Shown here one piece after another: positions 59,168-64,000 of a stretch of DNA of 64,000 bases (positions within the stretch are counted from its first letter, which is position 1; each line of letters opens with the position of its first letter). This stretch comes from Lepidodermella squamata (taxonomy: Eukaryota > Animalia > Gastrotricha), in assembly GCA_047495785.1 (NCBI GenBank), contig JBLDXI010000025.1:434001-498000 (forward strand). Direction: 5' to 3'. The notes under the pieces were generated by a model. The model ran no database searches and was not told where the DNA came from. It was given only the letters and a program-made list of their open reading frames with translations. A program made the translations under genes and the position numbers.

Positions 59168-60289
59168 ATGCTAGCGGTATTGATCTTTCTCATGATGGGC
59201 CTTTCAAGAGGCGTCGAAAGTGGCGCGCTGCTTCGAGAGCCTCTAACTGTCGAAATGATACGAAAATGCCCCGCACTGCGATCTCAGCGATATTCGCCGC
59301 TATGCGAGGACTACAACGGGCGAAATTGCTCATCGACTGAAGTTATGATGAGCCTATCCATCCAAAATCTTCACGGTGTTGATGACGTATCTGAGAGCTT
59401 TGAAATAGCTGCACGTCTCTTCGTTTTCTGGAGTGTCCCTTGCGAGGCTCGCAACGAGAATAACACAACTTTCTTCTCCAACCTCGACCTATTATGGCGG
59501 CCGCTATTGGACCACGCAAACTCGTTAGACAACGCCGCTATGAACGGATTCAGTGTTCAGTTTTTTGTAATGACACGCGTAAACTTGTCATACGTCTCGT
59601 TCGAGTACACTCTCACCGGCGTTTTCAAATCAGTTTGTGACTTGAAGCTCGAAGCTTTCCCGTTCGACAAGCAGGAGTGCAAAATCGTCATTGCGATCTT
59701 GCAATATGGCCGCGGCGTTCAGCTCGGCGTCGTAATGAACGCCGTCGATCAATTTGAAACAGACGACCAGGGTGAATGGTTGCTCAAACATTTTAGGACA
59801 TCGAAAATAACACACGACGGGGATCCCACAAAGAATGGCATTGCTATGTGGCATTTCACTTTGAAAAGAACCCCGAATTTCTACATCAATACGCTGATGA
59901 TTCCTTGTGCTTTTCTGACGCTCTCCGTGATTGCGGCTTTTATTTTAGATCCAGCTATGCCAGACCGTTCGATCTTTGCTGTTACTGTACTATTGGCTCT
60001 GATTTTTCTCGAGGGCCAGGTGCTGACCCACGTCCCAGTCAAACCAGTTCGCTTTTTCTTGCTGAACTTCACTGATCTCATGACTGGCTTGTCCTACCTG
60101 TGCACTCTCTATGACATGGTTATTTGCTGCCTTGCTCGATCTTATCGGGAATGGTTCATTCGAAATTGCAAATTCTGTTCAATGGCGAGCAATGGCCGAG
60201 TTGTTGACTTTTTCGTGGCTGTTTTGTCACTGGCTGCTTTCTTCGGCATCATCATCCACGCTGTTGTCTTTGCTAACGAATCGAACTAG
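59168..60289 (+). CDS. Intronless Cys-loop channel subunit, type B
   Basis: ATG at 59168; LHGVDD, Cys-loop, FILDPAMPDRS. Confidence 0.93.
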   Translation: MLAVLIFLMMGLSRGVESGALLREPLTVEMIRKCPALRSQRYSPLCEDYNGRNCSSTEVMMSLSIQNLHGVDDVSESFEIAARLFVFWSVPCEARNENNTTFFSNLDLLWRPLLDHANSLDNAAMNGFSVQFFVMTRVNLSYVSFEYTLTGVFKSVCDLKLEAFPFDKQECKIVIAILQYGRGVQLGVVMNAVDQFETDDQGEWLLKHFRTSKITHDGDPTKNGIAMWHFTLKRTPNFYINTLMIPCAFLTLSVIAAFILDPAMPDRSIFAVTVLLALIFLEGQVLTHVPVKPVRFFLLNFTDLMTGLSYLCTLYDMVICCLARSYREWFIRNCKFCSMASNGRVVDFFVAVLSLAAFFGIIIHAVVFANESN

Positions 60290-60408
60290 TGCTCGTCTTT
60301 GTCTTTTGCTTTAGCGCATTGTTGTCCCTATAAGATCTATTTGATTAAATTGCTTGCGTCTATACCTCTGTCCGATTGCACAGGAACATTTGCAAAAAAA
60401 AACTTTAC

Positions 60409-60859
60409 TACCGTATTTTACGAATTATAAGACCCTGCCCTGTATTTTTTTCAAACGAGGTTCAAGTCCTGTCCTGTATTTAGGGTCTGCCCTTTATTTC
60501 GGCTCTGCCCTTTATTTTTTCGAACCTAATCAGTCACCTGAAGAGTACCTAGATCAACAGTCAAAACCGCCGAATAACCACTCTAGCTACTGGCTTTTAC
60601 CTGTGACTACACGGGTTAAGTGTTTGCTCAAGAGGATTAAGGTGGATAAAGGGCGATTTGTGCACTCACTGATGACAAATCTCAACCTATCCAACTCCAA
60701 CCACTCACCCAGCAGGTGCTCATGTAAGCCACTTCATACAAGGCCCTGCCTATTAATACGGTTCTGCCCTTTATTGTTTCAAATGACCATTACCCTCTGC
60801 CCTTTATTCCGGTTCTGCCCTATAATTGGGTCCTGCCTAATAATTCGTAAAATACGGTA
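60409..60859. mobile_element. Tc2/pogo-like MITE related to 10938-11389, opposite orientation
   Basis: TA-CCGTATTTTACGAATTAT ... ATAATTCGTAAAATACGG-TA; internal TCTGCCCTTTATT repeats; nearly the same length as the 10.9 kb copy. Confidence 0.8.
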
Positions 60860-61958
60860 TGTACTAATCGTTCGATGGAATTCAGTCCAGATACCAAATA
60901 GGTCGCAAAATGTCATCATATAGATTCAAAGACGTAACGGATTTTGTATTGATCATTCCAGAGCCAGAGGTGAACCCTTTCATTTAATCCCATTTCTTGA
61001 GAGATGATTCCTTCTAATTCCCATGAACCTCAAAATTAGCTCGATTGAGGTCTATGGGTGCCTAGTACCTTTTGCTTTCAGGTTGCTGTGAAAATTATTC
61101 AAATGTTTTGATAACTTTCGCCAAGGAATAGGAGTGACACAATTTTAGGCCATTAATTTAAAAAAATTGGGGCTACTCGGGCTACAACACTCTAATAATC
61201 GGTACTCGGAATCTCTCGAGAATCATGTGAAATACCTCGAGCCTGTCGACATTTTCAGATGGTTGAATTTGCTGAAGTATTCTCTCGATCCGTGCTGCAA
61301 TATAGAATCTAGGGTGGCTTGAAACTGCCGCAGTGACACAATTCGTTGCATGATTCATCACCATAGAGCTGAGAGCTGAGGTGCGTTTTTCAACATGCCC
61401 GAACTTTGATTAATCACGACTGTGATCAGGTTTTCGGGCATCCACGCAACAAAATAATAACAATCAACTAAGAATTTTCCGGTTCATGCCCGAGGTCGAG
61501 TGAGTTGCAGCTAAGACAAATCACCCTCCGTCTCGACGGTCGAGCCAACATCGGCATAACACGAGCTTGTGAAAATTGAAGAATTTCAGGAGTTGCTTTT
61601 CCATTGAGAAGATCGATGTCGCAATTCATGAAACTCTTTGATTTTTCCAAGCTCCTCATTAAAAAGATGAACTTTGTTCACTAGTATCAGACCACACTGT
61701 ATCCTCAAAAGGGCGATCAAGAATTCATCAAATTCAAGTTTTTGGGAATTTTCAAAGTCGAAATTTCGAAATCGTCATTCCGGCCGTGAAAAGGTTAAGA
61801 AAGGGCTTTAAACTGCAGGTCGTCTCTGTGCGCGGTCCAAGGCAATTTCAAATGTGCCTAAGGAAAAACAGTTAGCCCAAACAAATATACATTTACCTAT
61901 GCAAAATGAACGATGTTGAAGCGCAGAGTGTGTTTTTTATTCCGAAAGCATTATTTTG

Positions 61959-62179
61959 GCTTATTTGCAGACCCCCCCTAGAAAAGTGAACGACGAGAAA
62001 TTCAAATTTCGCGTTTTTCTGCATGTTTATCACTGCAAATTAAATTTGTATTTGAAAACAAATTTAAAAATTGAAATAAGAAAGAAATTAGAATTTTAAA
62101 AAATATTTTGTTTACATTAGCAACGGGTTTTCGTTCGTTCGTTGGGCAACGAGCGCGCGCGAGGGGTCTGCAAATGAGC
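61959..62179. mobile_element. Mutator (MULE)-like MITE with 9-bp TSD
   Basis: GCTTATTTGCAGACCCC ... GGGGTCTGCAAATGAGC flanked by ATTATTTTG at 61950-61958 and 62180-62188. Confidence 0.78.
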
Positions 62180-62235
62180 ATTATTTTGACTTCACATACT
62201 CCGAAAATGTAGCCAGTTCTTCTTTACCTTTACAG

Positions 62236-62940
62236 TTGGTTCAGTGGAGCCTCTCAGCGGACGTATTCACGCAGAGAATTCGTTTTCGGAATAATATGTT
62301 CGTGGTTTCACCGCCAGTAACAAGTGTCTCTGAAACTCTAGCTTCCTTCATGGGCGCTATGGGATGGACTGTCAGCTATCCATCAGATATGAGAGACTCA
62401 TTTCTCTCTGGCGAAATTTACTTGCAAAGCTTGATAGAAAGAAAACTGAATGCTACCTTGTACAGATACAAGATTCCATTGCTAAATGGGCCTTTGCCCT
62501 TTGCCGGAAGTGTCCGCGCCGTAGTTGAAGAGATGAAACTGAACGACCCGAGAATCTTCAGCATTTGATCGCCTGCCCGAGTTGCCTGCCGGCTTCATCG
62601 CTATCGGCTGTTTGGGCCTAATTACGTTATTTTCGTGTCTATGCAGACCCCTTTTCCACCCAATGCGACCCGTTAAGGTCCGGGAATGGTGGGTGAACGG
62701 AGGCAATTCTACGCGAGGTCGAGGAATCTATCATTCATTTGTATTGAGCATCGTGGAATGTATTGAACAAATTCCTGAGCTAAAACCACTAATTTATTAA
62801 GCATCCGCGATTCTTTAGAAATAGGATCACACTTGCCTTCTTCAGCTTGTTGATTATTTTTAGATACTGCCTGACGATGGCCACTTTGTGGCCGAAACGT
62901 CGCACAAATATATATATAACATCTTTATGAAATAAAAAGA
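62236..62940 (+). mobile_element. Possible 3' remnant of a retroelement
   Basis: ORF tail MFVVSPPVTS...SFMGAMGWTVSYPSDMRDS weakly resembles LINE ORF2 C-termini; followed by a hammerhead-like motif and AATAAA. Confidence 0.35.
62868..62904 (+). ncRNA. Candidate minimal type I hammerhead ribozyme
   Basis: TGC-CTGACGA-T-GGCCAC-TTT-GTGGCC-GAAA-CGTC-GCA: core boxes CUGANGA and GAAA, 6-bp stem II, GUC cleavage triplet, 3-bp stem I. Confidence 0.6.
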
Positions 62941-63152
62941 CTCGAAACTGCAAAAGTATCCTGTTCAAATATTGTGTTTAAATACACCGGGTCAATAATG
63001 CACTACGATTCGATACCAACATCTATCGGTTCGGTATTCAGGATCACACATTGGAAAGATGTGCAACGTCATGCAAGTTAGGTTTTAGCTTATAATTAGG
63101 ATGTATCAAACGGTGGATACTGCAGTGGAAGGTAGTGAAATATATTGAAAGT

Positions 63153-64000
63153 TCACTCATGCTTTTTTGATGTACCAGTTTGGCGTGCAAAGCTTACGGC
63201 ATAGATAATAATTCCTATATAGAAAGCGAGGGAGAGAAGGCCTAAAAGCGAGTCGATAATTCGTCCATTGCAGATACGAATGCAACAGATAAGTCTCTTG
63301 TGAGAAAACCACTTATCGTAAGACCGAGCCACATAACATATAGCCATATCATACAGCGTACAAAGGTAGGCTAATAAGGTCATGAGATCGGTGAAGTTCA
63401 TCAGAAAAATGCGAATTGGTTTGACAGGGACGTGGGTCAAGACTTGACCCTCGAGAAATATCAGAGCTAACAGCACTGTTACAGCGAAAATAGACCGATC
63501 AGGCTCGTTAGGATCTAGGAAGAACACTACAATTACGGAGAATGCTAGCAAAGCACAAGGAATCATCAGAGTATTGACGTAGTAACCAGGATTCCTAACT
63601 AGGCTTAAGTGGAAAGTACCAATGCTATTTCTGCTCGCAAACTTGCCGTTATCATGCGAAGCTCCACTGCTAATCATTGTCCATTCGCCTCCGACCTCCT
63701 CCTCCAACATACCGAATGTCAGCACAGTGTAATGGATATTAACACCGTAGCCTAACTGCAGCACAACCAGTTTTATTCCGCAGTCCTGTTTGTCAAAGGG
63801 GAATGCTTCAAGTTTCAGGTCGCACATAGATTTGAAGACGCCAGTAAAAATGTAGTCGAAATACACCATCGACGAATTTTCCGCCGTCATAACAAACAGC
63901 TGAAGTCCGAAATCAGTCATAGCAGCGTTTTCGAAGGAGTTCAAATGCTCAATCAGAGGTCGCCAGAACAAATCGAGATTGGAGAAAAATGTTAAGCCTC
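63153..64000 (-). CDS. Intronless Cys-loop channel subunit, type A, 5'-partial
   Basis: Frame is open to the window end; CDLKLEAFPFDKQDC, FFLDPNEPDRS, 4 TM. Confidence 0.92.
   Translation of the reverse strand, partial: GLTFFSNLDLFWRPLIEHLNSFENAAMTDFGLQLFVMTAENSSMVYFDYIFTGVFKSMCDLKLEAFPFDKQDCGIKLVVLQLGYGVNIHYTVLTFGMLEEEVGGEWTMISSGASHDNGKFASRNSIGTFHLSLVRNPGYYVNTLMIPCALLAFSVIVVFFLDPNEPDRSIFAVTVLLALIFLEGQVLTHVPVKPIRIFLMNFTDLMTLLAYLCTLYDMAICYVARSYDKWFSHKRLICCIRICNGRIIDSLLGLLSLAFYIGIIIYAVSFARQTGTSKKHE

Noticed and set aside
9055-60081. Recurrent 63-66-aa antisense ORFs (MRSVKF...) opposite the channel TM regions
   Set aside because: Shadow frames of the conserved hydrophobic M1-M3 codons; their recurrence follows from paralog identity.
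60354-60923. 189-aa ORF
   Set aside because: Non-ATG start, lies over a Tc2-like MITE, and its repeated peptide motifs derive from the MITE's DNA repeats.
61182-61800. Possible transposase remnant and piggyBac-like end (AAAAGGTTAA)
   Set aside because: Frames are broken, no catalytic motif is recognisable and no matching opposite terminus was found.
8336-64000. Bacterial (GLIC/ELIC-like) horizontal origin of the channels, suggested by lack of introns and short M3-M4 loop
   Set aside because: The Cys-loop disulfide, absent from prokaryotic pLGICs, is present in all copies, and base composition matches neighbouring host genes.

Overview
Animal (invertebrate-type) eukaryotic genomic DNA with spliceosomal introns, many only 41-60 nt; the organism cannot be named from sequence alone. 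Main content: (1) eleven intronless, atypical Cys-loop (pentameric ligand-gated) ion channel subunit genes. Nine form an array at 43.5-64 kb built from head-to-head pairs of two distinct subtypes, and two are solo copies at 8.3 and 11.9 kb. They lack the canonical acetylcholine-binding residues and almost all of the M3-M4 intracellular domain. (2) A 3'-partial STAND/NLR-like gene with two tandem NB-ARC modules and about 21 ankyrin repeats (1-4826, minus); the ORF track misses most of it. (3) A cluster of 9 intact and 3 deleted tRNA genes plus a solo tRNA-Ser. (4) Two HSL-family (AADAC/NCEH1-like) hydrolases. (5) A cadherin-repeat + Ly6/LU protein, a 3-CCP membrane protein, a double C-type-lectin protein, two related orphan membrane proteins, an intronless GABA-B-like class C GPCR and a divergent nuclear receptor. 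(6) Many non-autonomous DNA transposons, LINE remnants, a 107-bp palindrome and a candidate minimal hammerhead ribozyme. Best candidate novel system: the paired, ectodomain-diversified pLGIC array as an ionotropic chemoreceptor family. Exon models were derived by hand and no database searches were run.
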